Source of the DNA: Octopus vulgaris
Lineage: Eukaryota
Direction: 5' to 3'
Assembly: GCA_951406725.2 (NCBI GenBank)
Contig: OX597831.1
Location: forward strand, 83,824,001 to 83,888,000
Length of the DNA stretch: 64,000 bases
In this document: positions 40,955 to 54,590 of the stretch, piece after piece
How the letters are laid out: each line of letters begins with the position of its first letter
Numbering within the stretch: the stretch's first letter is position 1
Program-made: the position numbers and the translations under genes
The notes under the pieces: generated by a model
Seen by the model: the letters and a program-made list of their open reading frames with translations, nothing else
Told to the model about the DNA's origin: nothing
Database searches by the model: none

Positions 40955-41501
40955 AGATCTTTTCGGTTTGAACGGCAGTTTTTTCTAGCGGTGTCATAGG
41001 AAATTGTCACCCATAATTATGACCCTAGTATCGATCTATTGCATTTCAATCTATTTTAGGGTTAAGGTTAGGGTGGGTGGAAGGGTATCTTTTTATTCTT
41101 CACAAATCTGTTTCTTAAACGAGGGACATTCATACGGCACAGAATGCTTTTTAGCTCAATAGACGTCATTGATTGGTTGAAATTGCAGATATTGAAGATA
41201 AAAACCAACAAATATCTTACAAACTATAGAATTTTCTCAATAAAGCCAAGAGAAAAGGATGTTTTATAAACACATTCTACCAGTATACGAAGTTTTAAAA
41301 TGTTTAGTTACGTGGAAATTATTTTAAAAAACTGCCGTTCAAACCGAAAAGACCCAAATATCTTACAAACTATAGAATCTTCTCAATAAAGCCAAGAGAA
41401 AAAGATGTTTTATAAACACATTCAACCAGTATACGAAGTTTAAAAGTGTTTAGTTACCTAGAAATTATTTTTAAAAACTGCCGTTCAAACTGAAAAGATC
41501 C
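40955..41501. mobile_element. GGATC-TIR MITE copy with one duplicated 145-bp terminal unit
   Basis: Same TIRs and interior as 20634-21049. Confidence 0.87.
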
Positions 41502-41787
41502 CATTGCAGTCATGTGACTACTCGTAAATGTGTTCAGTCAGAAACCTTATCAAACTTATCAGGTTTTTCAGAAGCTGATACATAAAGAACGTTGGAATTG
41601 GGAAATTTTCAGCATTTTCCTTACCAGCAGCAAACCTGATTCTAATGAATTTTTGCGTTAATATTATATACTGCTTAATAAAAATAATAATAATGGTTCC
41701 AAATTTTGGGTACCAAGGACAACAATTTTGATGAGGGGGTTAGTTGATTACATTGACCCCAGAGCTCATCTGGTATTTGTTTTGGGA

Positions 41788-42213
41788 AGGCGGCGAGATG
41801 GCAGAATCGTTAACACGCCGGGCGAAATGCGTAGCCGTATTTCGTTTGCCACTACGTTCTGAGTTGAAATTCCGCAGAGGTCTTTCATCTTTTCGGGGTC
41901 GATAAATTAAGTACCAGTTACGCACTGGGGTCGATATAATCGACTTAATCCGTTTGTCTGTCCTTGTTTGTCCTCTCTGTGTTTAGCCCCTTGTCGGTAG
42001 TAAAGAAAATGTCCCTCGTTTAAGAAACAGATTGGGTTTATTTACATTTGTGAAGAAAGAAAGATACCCTTCCCCCACCCCTAATCCTAGCCCTAATTAA
42101 CCCTAACCCTAAAACAGATTAAAATGCAATAGATCGATACTAGGGTCATAATTATGGGTGACAATTTCATATGACACCGCTAGAAAAAACTGCCGTTCAA
42201 ACCGAAAAGATCC
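41788..42213. mobile_element. SINE family C (41788-42007) fused to a half copy of the GGATC-TIR MITE (42009-42213)
   Basis: Direct similarity to the other copies in the window. Confidence 0.82.
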
Positions 42214-42544
42214 ATTGCAGATTTCTAAGCTCACTCTCATGTCCTGAGTAAATTTTGGGGAGGTGCTGAGAAAGAACTTCAGATTTTTTTTTCCTCAAAA
42301 ACTTCACAAATCGCCTGAAAATTCAAAACATAATAGAACAAGATCAATAATTTACTTCATAGAGTTATATGACTGTTTTAACAATGAAATCAGGTGAAGG
42401 CAAAGATATTGGAAAGGTTTTATCGTCCTTCTATTGTTTAATGATAATATTTGATAACATTTTCGGTATTTGCACATCGCTGCCACATCAGAGAAGAATG
42501 CCAAACAGGAACTCAGAGCAGATTCTTTCTAAAACCAAATATAC

Positions 42545-42740
42545 TCTTTACTCTCTACTCTTTTACTTGTTTCAGTCAGTTACCTGCGGCCATGCTGGAG
42601 CAAATCGACCCCAGGACTTATTCTTTGTAAGCCTTAGTACTTATTCTATCGGTCTCTTTTTGCCGAACCGCTATGTTACGGGGACGTAAACACATCAGCA
42701 TCGGTTGTCAAGTGATGTTGGACGGACAAACACAGACACA

Positions 42741-42831
<91 letters not shown>

Positions 42832-42988
42832 GACAGGCTTCTTTCAGTTTACGTCTACGAAATCCACTCACAAGGCTTTGATCGGCCCGAGGCTATAGTA
42901 GAAGACACTAGCCCAAGGTGCCACGCAGAGGGACTGAACCTGGAACCATGTCGTTGGTAAGCCAGCTACACACAGCCACTCCTGCGCA
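42545..42988 (-). mobile_element. SINE family A, full length
   Basis: Reverse complement of family A. Confidence 0.88.
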
Positions 42989-44727
42989 AATATGTTGATT
43001 ATTTTGGCATCAAATCAGAACCAAATGATTCTGACGGCTCAGTCCCAGAGTAGTGGATTCACCTGTTGTAAACGACAGTTAAGAGTTCCGCAAATTCTTG
43101 TTGAACAGATGATTCGTTTATAGTGATCAAATGTATCTGTTGCTCACTCTCTCCGTCAAATCAGCATTTCCTGTACAAGCGCAATTTTGTGCAACATGTT
43201 AGCAGTCGCAGTGATTGCAGAGCAACGTGAACTGAAGTCCAGGAATCGAAACCACGATCTAGCGATCATTAGTGCAACACCCTAACCACTAGGCTACGCG
43301 TCCCAGCACATGGTGCTGCACAGATAACCCACCAATCTTCTGACGATAACGCTATGCGATTGAAATCATTGGTAAAATTTGAACTACTATTTTAACAAGT
43401 ATCGAATTTTGGAAAGGCAGCCGCTTCTATCTCACAGCAATTATTCAAGCAATTAAACAATCATTATCCATGGGTTTTATTTTTATTTTTTGCTCGAATT
43501 TCCTCCGGTATCTGCTGTGGGGGTGTTGAGGACTGCAGCTCACCCGGCTTCTGCTCCGTTCGCAAATAGTACTGCACTGAAGTAAAATATAAGAATGAAA
43601 TAAGGAGAAGGCCAATGTTAGCCATATTTATTTACAATCAGCGAACAAAAGTATGGCAGAATCGCACAATTAATAAGACGAATATCAATCAAGTCATTAC
43701 TACAAGATAATAACCGCGGTAAAATGAGAAGGTAACACACAAGACAGCAAAAATACTTACCCGTAGCTAATACCAATGGCAAATAAATGATAGATGAATG
43801 AGCCAGAGACGAATGGTAGGGTAATATAAGGTTTAAGGAACTGAAGTGGTAGGGTAACTAAGCGCTAATCGGAGTAGAGCGATGGTTCATTGCAACGTAA
43901 TGTATCTTGTTCATTGCTCAGTTAACAAAAAGAATGGTTGATTCTAATCGCTTTATAAAGACAACAAAAGAATGCGAAAAATGCAGAAAATCTCAAAAGG
44001 TGTTATCAAATTAAAAGAGGGGATAAACAATCTACAATTCCAAGAAAGATATTTATTAAAGGAACTTTAAGGAACTTTAAGGAACTTTCCTCTTAATTCC
44101 TGTTATAGCAAAGAGAGTAAAACAAATGTAAAGTCTTCCATGGAAATATTTCGATATAATAATGTCTTGGGCGAATATAAAATCACAAACACGGAATGAA
44201 TGAGATATGAACTGGTACACAAATAGATTAAACCTTGTTAGCCCTGGTAAATATTGAACGAAACTCGCAGAAGTCAGAACAGAGTCCGTTTAATTTAGCT
44301 TTGCACCAACAGAGAAGCTGCGAATTAGAATCGAAATCTGAAACGTAAGATTCACAAGACAGATTTTAAATCGCAATATGACGCCTGTGTCGCTTATTTT
44401 TTTCTCCCTCTAATGCATAAATAATTGCGTGCTTTCATAGATTCTCAGAAAGTATATTAAACAAGCTAATTAGATAAAATAAGCAATTAGTAATTATTGG
44501 TATTAATTTAGCTAAACATTCATACAAAATGCTAAGAATGTATAATTTTCATTTTTGGGTGTAAAAAAATATTCCTTACTCAGCGTTTTATACATATATC
44601 TGTATGGACACATATATGTGTTAGTACATGTGTGTGTATGTGTGTGTGTGTGTGCGTGTGTGTGTGTGTGTACATATATTCGCAACTCATCTTAAATTTT
44701 GCGTAGATATAAATATTAATTGATATA

Positions 44728-44799
<72 letters not shown>

Positions 44800-44993
44800 G
44801 TATATATATATGTACCTATATATATGTATATATATATATATATATATATACATACATATACATATAAATACATATATACATATATTCGAATACGCGTGTA
44901 TACATACATGTACATAAATATATACGTACATATGTATATATATACGTTTATATATAATATATATTATGTATAATACATATATATATATATGAT

Positions 44994-45058
<65 letters not shown>

Positions 45059-45194
45059 GTATGTATCATACATAATATATATAATATATGTGTATATATA
45101 TTATATATGATATATATTAGATATATATATGTGTATATCATATACATACGTACATGTATGTGTATATATATATACATATAAATAAATATTTATA

Positions 45195-45260
<66 letters not shown>

Positions 45261-45289
45261 TATATAATGTTTGCGTGATTTGATTTTTT

Positions 45290-45635
45290 GATTTTGATTT
45301 TTCCAGTTTCAGCTTATGAGCTGTGGCCATGCTGGGGCACCGCCATTTGGTGTTGCTACTTGGTTTCACTTCATGAAGGCTTTCTAGCAGCTGCTATTTG
45401 GTGCATGAGAGAGTTCGATGCAGCTGCCCTCATCTGCCACTCCTGCCGTGAAGTTGGTTCATCTGGGACACCTGACAGGAAGAGATCCAGCTTCATTTTA
45501 AAGACATCTGTATCCACCCCATGCAGGTCTCTCAGGTTCTTCGGGAGGATATTGAAGAGCTGTGGGCCTCGGAAGCCCAGGCTATCACAGAATCTTGTCC
45601 TACATCTTGATGGCAAGTTTGGAGTCCTAGGCACT
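45290..45635 (-). mobile_element. LINE (CR1/L2-like) 3' end
   Basis: RTRFCDSLGFRGPQLFNILPKNLRDLHGVDTDVFKMKLDLFLSGVPDEP, followed by a 3'UTR ggcggtgccccagcatggccacagctc. Confidence 0.85.
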
Positions 45636-45875
45636 TATTATTTTATTATTTTCGATGCTGGTTCGCAAAAACCTCAAACCTCGTCACACAGACAGATTAT
45701 CAAAAAACAAGGCAATGAACGCAGTCTTACAAATTTTTAGCAATTATCCCGCCATAATCCCCAATTATATTTGCTAAAATATGTTTTGTAAATGTGTGTG
45801 TGTCTCTGATGTTTGTGTATTAGAGCAGGCTTTATGTTTTTATTGAATTTCATTCTATACGTGAAATATGTGCAC

Positions 45876-45930
<55 letters not shown>

Positions 45931-46131
45931 AGTGTGTATGTATGTATGTGTGTATGTATGTATGTATGTATGTATGTATGTATGTATGTATGTGTGCGTG
46001 TGTATATGTATATATATATATATGTATATATGTAAATATGTATGTATATATATATATATATATATATACACGCATATATATGTGTATATTTATGTGTGTA
46101 TTTATATATCAAAGAGAGATAGAAAAATATC

Positions 46132-46163
<32 letters not shown>

Positions 46164-46414
46164 GTATGTTTATATACATATGCATATATAGAGAGAAAGA
46201 GAAATATACACTCATATATGTATTAATATATATACATAAACATACACAAATATATATTTATATACAAGTATATATACATATATATATACATAAATGTGTA
46301 TATATATGTATAAAATATTATATATGTAATATGTGTGTGTGTGTGTGTGCAAATATTGTATATAGGTAAATATGATATATATGTTGTATATATAATATAT
46401 ATACATATATATAC

Positions 46415-46464
<50 letters not shown>

Positions 46465-46466
46465 AA

Positions 46467-46500
<34 letters not shown>

Positions 46501-46957
46501 CACATAAATACACACACACACACACACACTCACACATATATATTTACGTATATGTTGCGTGCGGAATGTTCAAGATTGTTGTATGAAACATTTAACCTGT
46601 TTGGAGATTACAGAGTTAATCTATATCCCTATAAGTTTTAGTTTTATATTCCTGCAGCATATTCTAACCAATCAAGGTATATAATGCGTGTATGTATAGC
46701 TGGTGTGTGTGTCTTTGTGTACGTTTGTAGTTGTATATATGTCCGTGTCGCCTGCATATAAAACCATTTATTTATCTATATACACACTAGCACAGATTCA
46801 TAAACCATAAGAAGCTATATTGCACGTGTGTTCGTTTGATATTGTGCACGTGTGCAACACATCACTTCACACAGCACCCTTTCTGCGTGACTATGTATAT
46901 ATGTATATATATATATACATGCATATATATATATATGTATGTATGTATATACATATG

Positions 46958-47016
<59 letters not shown>

Positions 47017-47087
47017 ATATAGATATATATAAATGCATATATACATATATATGTATGTGTATATATATATATATATATATTTTTTTT

Positions 47088-47297
47088 TTCCAGTTTCAGC
47101 TCTTGAGCTGTGGCCATGCTGGGGCACCGCCATTGTGGTGAAAGAGTACAGCAGGGATCACCACCCCCTGCCGGAGCCTTGTAGAGATTTTAGGTGTTTT
47201 CGCTCAATAAACACACACAACGCCCGGTCTGAGAATCGAAACCGCGATCCTGCGACCGCGAGTCCGCTGCCCTAACCACTAGGCCATTGCGCCTCCA
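47088..47297 (-). mobile_element. Short SINE: family B head joined to the 45.3-kb LINE 3' tail
   Basis: A family B head runs to ...ctctttcaccacaa, then tggcggtgccccagcatggccacagctcaagagctgaaactggaaaa. Confidence 0.85.
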
Positions 47298-47976
47298 CGA
47301 ATATATATATATATGTATGTATGTATATATATATATATATACATACATATGTATGTATATATGTATATATATATATATATAGATATATATATGTATGTAT
47401 ATATATATAGATATATATAAATGCATATATACATATATATGTATGTATGTATATATGTATATATATATATATATATAGATATATATAAATGTATGTATAT
47501 ATATATATATATATTATATATGCATATATATGTATTTATATATATGTGTGTAAATATATGTATATATATATATATACATATGATTACATATACATATATG
47601 TATGTATGTATATTGTGGGTGTGCTTATTATATGTGTGTGTGTATGTACACTATGTATATTTGCATGCATGTATTTATGTATACATAGTTATACACGTAG
47701 AGGTATATATGTACATATATAAATTAATATGAAATTTCTTTTAATCTATCAATCTAACATTAAATCAATTTGTCTATTCATCTATCTAAGTTTGTACCTC
47801 AATAGGGAGACATATAGATATAGGTATATATGTTTGTGTGTGTGCGCGCACGCGCGTGTTTATCTTTAGATATTTTACATACCTTAATACACATATATAC
47901 ATATACGTATATACATGCATATATACATGCATGCATAACGTAAGCATCCATATATTTACACACACACACACACACA

Positions 47977-48012
<36 letters not shown>

Positions 48013-48235
48013 ATACACGGGCAGCCTTCCACATTTTTTCTGGCAGAAGAGATTTTAAACCCAATATCTTCATTTTCAATTTTAGTTTTCTGAGTATGAC
48101 CCGAAATCTACTATTCCAAAAACAGCATTATAAGTATGTATGTATGTATGTATGTGTGTGTGTATGTATGTGTGTATGTATGTATGTGTGTATGTGTGTA
48201 TGTATGTATGTATTTATATATGTACATATATATAA

Positions 48236-48297
<62 letters not shown>

Positions 48298-48532
48298 TTA
48301 TATATGAGGATAATATCGATATTTAAGTGTCGAAATTATCAAGTGGCCAGCATGAAAGAAATACCTTACAAAGGTAAAAAAAATTTTAACAATTAAAAAT
48401 GAGGGTGTCTAAAGGACACCAACATGCCGAAATAGCAGTCGAAACACTGACTATAGTACCACGTTAAATGTTCATATCGCACCATGAGGTAAAGCGGAGG
48501 GACAAAACATACAAGCAAAAATTATTGAATAA

Positions 48533-48590
48533 TTCAAGATCCAAGGATTTCTGGTTCTGCTTTAGATAAGCTTTACCGTCATCAATTGAA
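48533..48590 (-). ncRNA. Type I hammerhead ribozyme motif (C3U variant)
   Basis: TTCAA-TTGATGA-C-GGT aaa GCT..AGC aga ACC-A-GAAA-TCC tt GGA-TC-TTGAA. Stems I, II and III all pair; the triplet is AUC. Confidence 0.75.
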
Positions 48591-48745
48591 CATATCAAGG
48601 GTACATAAATATTTTAATGTATCGCCACGCGCCCGTTTCGCGTGATTCGTGGAAACGTACGTAGCGATACATTAAAATATTTATGAATTCCATCCTTGGA
48701 TTATGATTATTATTGTTGTTGTTGTTGTTGTTGTTGTTGTTTTTA

Positions 48746-48813
<68 letters not shown>

Positions 48814-48815
48814 CA

Positions 48816-49480
48816 TTCATATACTCTCAACAGATTAGACTGTTGGAAAATAAAAGAATCCTAATATCAGGCTACAACGAGTAGCCTTAGATGCCAAGAA
48901 CCTTCCTAAGTATCCTAGCTATCTTTAATAACATTGTTTTTTGGATCTAACTGGGTTTTATGCCTATTTCCTCTATCCGTCTGTTCAGATCTTTAGGGAT
49001 AGTTCCCGATGCACCTATAACTACTGGGATACATTTTACCCGCACTTTCCATAGTCTCTGTAATTCAATAGCTGGGTCCTGGTACTTTGCCATTTTTTCT
49101 ATACCTCTCGTATCGATTTTTTCATCATTCGTGACTGTAAAGCCAATTATCTGGCACATTCTATTCTCTTTATCTACTTCTACTAAGTCAGGCCTTCTAG
49201 CTTCTATTACTCTGTCAACCTGAATATCAGCCTAAATGTCCCACAACATCTTGTATTTCTTACTTTCTAGTACTTTACTAGGTTCATCTTCATACCATTT
49301 ATCAGTATGGTCAAATCTTAGGTTTCTACATTGCTCACCCTAGGTTGCCATGTCTTTCCTTTGTATTCTTTTTGTGCCAGCATGCTACATTCACTTACTA
49401 TATGAGTAACGCTTTCCGCTTTTGATTTGCATAATCTACATTGGGAATTCACTTGTTTTTTTGTTTTTTTTTATCTATCT
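48816..49480 (-). mobile_element. R4/Dong-like RLE element 3' fragment next to (ATT)n
   Basis: RPDLVEVD...EKMAKYQDPAIELQRLWKVRVKCIPVVIGASGTIPK. The (AAT)n tract lies at its 3' end. Confidence 0.85.
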
Positions 49481-49499
49481 TGGCTTATCATTACTATCA

Positions 49500-49960
49500 T
49501 TATTATTTTCTCTTTACCACAAGCTTTGTTGAAGCTTCTAGAGTCTTGCATGCTTAGCGTGTGTACTACCTGTGGCCTACGGTACCTTGCTGTTTGTTCT
49601 TTCCAGCTATCTAATACTTTCCTGATTATTATGGCCGTTCCAAGGAGGCAAACCTTTTATAAAAGTTCTACTGGGCACTCTGTTCCAATTTCCTTTATAT
49701 TCCCCTTGATGCCTTCTGATACTGTTCCCAAGGACCCAACAATAATTGGCACTATCTTTACCTTCATTTTCCATAGCCGGGCTATTTCGTACTTAACAGG
49801 GTTGCACTGTCTATCTTTTCGCCTTCCTTCTTGACTATTCGTGGTTCAGAGGGGCATGTAATGTTAACTCTATAGCATATGTTGTGCACCTTGTCCACCA
49901 CCACTAGGTCCGGGTTGTTATGCTCTAGCACCTGATCTGCTTAGATTGGGAAATAAGTTT
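49500..49960 (-). mobile_element. Second RLE-element 3' fragment
   Basis: Similar PD.VVVD / KYEIARLWKMKVKIVPIIVGSLGTV remnants on the minus strand. Confidence 0.7.
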
Positions 49961-50803
49961 TGACTCTAACGTATAACTACTGGAATTTAGAATGACTGAG
50001 ATGATAATGGTTTTCAGTGAAGATTTTACAGTGAGTAGCTTATTTGAAACAATAACATTGGACAAAATATCGGGGGAATATTCTGCATAAAGAATATATA
50101 GCTTATATAATATATATTTCGTTGAAGTCAGAGTTTAACCCCAGGTAAACCTGATTCCAGTATATTTATGATGAACTTATTCTAGCGGTGACCATTCATG
50201 TTTTGTTTTAACAAAGTGAATCTAGTACACCGTTATCCAATATATAATATACTAGTGACTATCAGTGTCTATTGTTGTCTAGTCCCACATCAGTCGTGAT
50301 CCAAGAGACTTATGATCAAAGTGGTTCCAGCTGTGACCGTCCAGTCTTTTATTTGGGCATAGTGTCTCTAAGACTATATCATATAATGCATTGCATGGTG
50401 AAGAGTATTATTGGATGTTAAAGTTTCACAACCCATTGCTCCGAGTTTGTCTTCGGACGATTATGGTAAAATGGAAGCTGAAAATGGAACCTATTTCCCA
50501 TAAATACTTCAATTTATGTCACGGCTTATAACCACACAAGAGCTTGTCTTCTTATAAGCAAACACATTTTGAAATTTCTCAACTACACTGCAAAAATAAC
50601 ATTGTTTCTCAACCTTGTATCTGGTTTACTGAACGTTCCTTTAAAACAAGAGAATTTAACATATCCATACGTTTAAAAATCTAAAAGACACGATTGACAC
50701 TGCTTTTCAAAGTCCCTATTTCTAACACAATTGAATGTATATAATCTCTATCTCGTTTTCCTTCTACATGAGGTAGAGAGAGCAGTTCAGAAACTCAGTT
50801 TAC

Positions 50804-51052
50804 TATTGGGTTGGTACATAATTATTGCGGCCATTTTTCAACAAATTTTTTTCAACAAAAACAATATTTAACAAAAACATCTTTAAATGACGGTCTGACC
50901 GTCGTCAAGCAAATAGGAAACGGTAATTGAAGTAGATGGTGAATATACTCCGGAATAATCATTTAATGATGTTTTTGTTACATAATGTTATTGTTTTTGT
51001 TGAATAAAATTTGTTGAAAAAAAACCCGCAATAATTATGAACCAACCCAATA
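50804..51052. mobile_element. Mariner-derived foldback MITE
   Basis: TIRs tattgggttggtacataattattgcgg / ccgcaataattatgaaccaacccaata with TA termini; the interior is also palindromic. Confidence 0.88.
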
Positions 51053-51203
51053 ATTTAAAAACTAGAAACAACTAATTAACTAACTAACTTAATAAATAAA
51101 TAGGAAATAGATTTGTAAAGTATTAATGGTTGACGACTAGCATCATGCTTGAAACTCGAGATTACCAACGAATATGAATCAAGCTGTATTGATCCATATA
51201 TAT

Positions 51204-51239
<36 letters not shown>

Positions 51240-51378
51240 GTGTGTGTGTGTGTATGTGTAACAAGTTAAAGATAATGGTCATTACATATTCCTTTATTGG
51301 AACAAATTTGGCTTATAGCTGTTTCGAGTAGTCAGTATAGGTCTTGATCAAAACGAATATGAATCAAGCTGTATTGAT

Positions 51379-51465
<87 letters not shown>

Positions 51466-51470
<5 letters not shown>

Positions 51471-52177
51471 AAAAGTAACTCCATATTTTAAAATGCTTAT
51501 AATTTATTTATTAATAATAATTTTTTTCTCAAGTTTGTTGTGTATATTCTTTAATGTATGGGAATTGATTCCATGTTGTATTTTTTCAGATCGATTATTT
51601 TTTTAAAATTTAGAAGCCCTACAAACATGGCTGGATGTTTTACTGTGCAGGAGCGTGCCCAGCTCGCTGCACATTACGAAGTTTGGAGATCAGTTGTTCA
51701 AGTGCAAAGATGGTGGAGGACCATTTGAGGAAGACATGCTCAAGTTGATGCAAAGAATTGCCATGCAAAATTCATGACTACAGGATTTGTAGCTGATACT
51801 TGAAGTGGTCGTCCTTCCAATTCATCAAGGGCCGCATGACTGGCTGGCTGGCCAGAAGCCCTGATTTAACACCCTGCGACTGTTTTCTTTGGGGTTGGTT
51901 AAAGGAAGAAGTCTTCTCTATCAAACCGATGACTTTGGAAGAACTTGAAGGGTGAATACGAGAAGTTATGTCTTTCATTCCACAAGACTTCCTGATGAAA
52001 TCAGTTGATGTGTTTCCCAGGCGGTTTGAGAAGCTGGTGGTGAATGCTGATGCCTATATCAAATTTTAAATAAAATTCCATGCTATACACTTTCTTTACA
52101 TATTCTTTTTTTCCCAAAATTATAGTTAATAAATAAATTATAAGTATTTTAAAATAGGGAGTTACTTTCCAATCACC

Positions 52178-52182
<5 letters not shown>
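51466..52182 (+). mobile_element. Internally deleted Tc1/mariner-superfamily transposon
   Basis: TIRs of about 50 bp. An N-terminal MAGCFTVQERAQLAAHYEVWRSVVQVQRWW...SGRP is joined to a C-terminal WLARSPDLTPCDCFLWGWLKEEVF. It is inserted in (TA)n/(GA)n. Confidence 0.9.
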
Positions 52183-52215
<33 letters not shown>

Positions 52216-52679
52216 CAAGTTAAAGATAATGGTCATTACATATTCCTTTATTGGAACAAATTTGGCTTACAGCTGTTTCGAGTAGTCAGTATAGGTCTTG
52301 ATCAATTGAGAAACATTGAACGACCTAAGAAAAGTAATGCTACTTTCGTCAGAGACATTTCTGGTTATAACAAGCAGAACACTGAAGGAATGGTTATTGT
52401 GTGGGGAAGCGAGGAGGAGAAGATGGAAAGATGCAAATAGAATAGAGAACAGAGGAAGACAGGTTACGAAGAGGTGGAGAAGAGTCACTTAATAGAATTG
52501 TGATGACCTATAACCTTGGACCCTGCCATAAGTATACCTGGAATTCTTTACTAATTTAAATAATATTGTTAGTCTGGTGTACCATCAGAGAGCTTATGAA
52601 GTATTTTGCCTGGATTGATAAATCTTCACTCTTAGCTCTATACATATATACATACATACATGCATACACACACACACAC

Positions 52680-52740
<61 letters not shown>

Positions 52741-53006
52741 AATGAGGGTGAGTAAAATTATAGATATTAATTCAATAATACCCTTATTTTAACACCAAGC
52801 GACCTAGCACAAAAAACCGGGGACACAAATTCATATTTATCGTAAATAGAATGTATTGATTTGATATACTGCAGTAAATATTACATGCGGTATTCACTTC
52901 CACTTAGCATTTACTTTCGGCGGGAAATTTGTAACTACAACAGAATGTAATTGATCGGACCATATGAGAATCGTCGCTTGTAAGGGTCTGATCAATTATA
53001 TTGACA

Positions 53007-53083
53007 AATGTTGCTGATGAATCATAGACAATTATGTAAGTATAATCTGCATTTTGTTAATGAAGAAACAATTGTACAACATT
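53007..53083 (+). ncRNA. Type I hammerhead ribozyme motif
   Basis: AATGTTG-CTGATGA-A-TCAT...ATGA-A-GAAA-CAATTG-TA-CAACATT. Stem I is a perfect 7 bp, stem III is the palindrome ACAATTGT, and the triplet is GUA. Confidence 0.85.
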
Positions 53084-53232
53084 AATCCATTATTTAGTAG
53101 TAATTTAATTTCATAGCGTTGATTGTGGTGCTTTTTCTATGTGGATTTATCGTCGGCGACTTTTACCGATCGGACCTATTTCAAGCACTAGAGTTAACAT
53201 ATTCAAAGTTGACTCTCTAATATTTACGTATA

Positions 53233-53288
<56 letters not shown>

Positions 53289-53289
<1 letters not shown>

Positions 53290-54590
53290 TAGCAAACGCA
53301 CCCGTCCTTTGGACGGTTTAAGTTACTTTCTTGGTATTTTTTCACCAAATAATTGAACTACCGAGAAGGTTTATGTGTAGCATGGCAATCTATTTCCGAT
53401 TAACCTAGGAACGGAAAATCGAATTGAAGGCTGGTTATTGTGGAGGTCGTTGCACTTTGATTATCATAGAACATATAAGTTTGCAAGCGATGCAAAGCAG
53501 AGCTACTGAACTGTTTTGGGAGTAGATTACGGATAATGACTACAAAATATAGTTGTTTTACATGAAAGCGAAATTTCTTGTCAGAAACAGCCACATAAAT
53601 GGTGTGAGGAAATTGAAGGAAGATGTTGAAACTTCCCCTCTGCGAGTTTATTTTTTTCAACAGAAAAAGGGAGCTTTTTTTTCGGAGAGAAAATCTAACA
53701 AAAGCCCCTTTATTCTATCTTCCCACATAGCGTGCACATAAACTAACAGCGAATGCTGCATAAAGTTAAATTGGTATGGAGCTTCCTGAAAGATACCTTT
53801 AAATTTTCGCTAGTGGAAGCAAAACTCTTATTTTAAGGTTGAATCTTTGGAACGAATCATATGTGAGTGTTTAAAAAAGGCTAGAATGACAATGCTAAAA
53901 CCTATTTGAAACAATGGACAGCAGTCGAAATATCATAATGGCTGGGTAAAGAAGCATCCTTAAAATGAAACAACGGTATCAAAGGTAAAAAAAAAAAAAG
54001 GTATCAACAATCAGAAGAGAGGGAAGGGAACATCACCTTTCAAGTAACTCAGAATAGGTAAAGGTAAGCTTGCCAAAGTTTAATACAGTTTCAATATGTA
54101 GATTAAGATAGTTTGGTATTGGATATTCATCACGTATAATTTTCCTAGTCAACTGAATCACCGTCGTAAGTGGACAGCAGAAATAAATAGAAGAAATCCT
54201 TTCACTTTTATAAAAAGATTAAAAAGAAAATTAGGGCAAAAAGCACTCGTTTTTTCACAATGAAAAATCGTTTCCTACTAGCCGGAATTTTGCGACAAAA
54301 TGTATCTTTATTAAGTACAACAGCCTGCAGTGCATGCCGCTCGGCATTAAAAGCCAATCGCACAAACCAAGAGGGTCTCTGTGCCCCCTTGAATCGATAA
54401 AAAATCACACTTTTTGCCATAGCAACCACATCCTTATAGCTTGCGAATTTTAACCATCGCGGGTCTCATCCTCACCACGCATTTAGTATCCCTGCCAGTT
54501 TTCAACTCGATCCTAGCCTCGGTTTGGCCGCCATTAAACGTCAAAGCAAAATGTAAATACAATTTTCGTCCAAGGACTGTTTTATATATG
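53289..54590 (-). mobile_element. Helitron-like element; 3' terminus clear, 5' end uncertain
   Basis: The minus-strand end is ccgtcc aaa ggacgg gtgcgtttg CTAG|T, i.e. a hairpin about 10 nt upstream of CTAG. Confidence 0.55.

Noticed and set aside
43333-43381. CTGACGA-taaCGCtatGCGatt-GAAA-tcattgg-TA hammerhead-like string
   Set aside because: Stem I is poorly paired and there is no microsatellite-flanked cassette; it could be chance.
43510-44395. Possible solo LTR
   Set aside because: No second copy, clear TG...CA ends, TSD or PBS could be established from the window.
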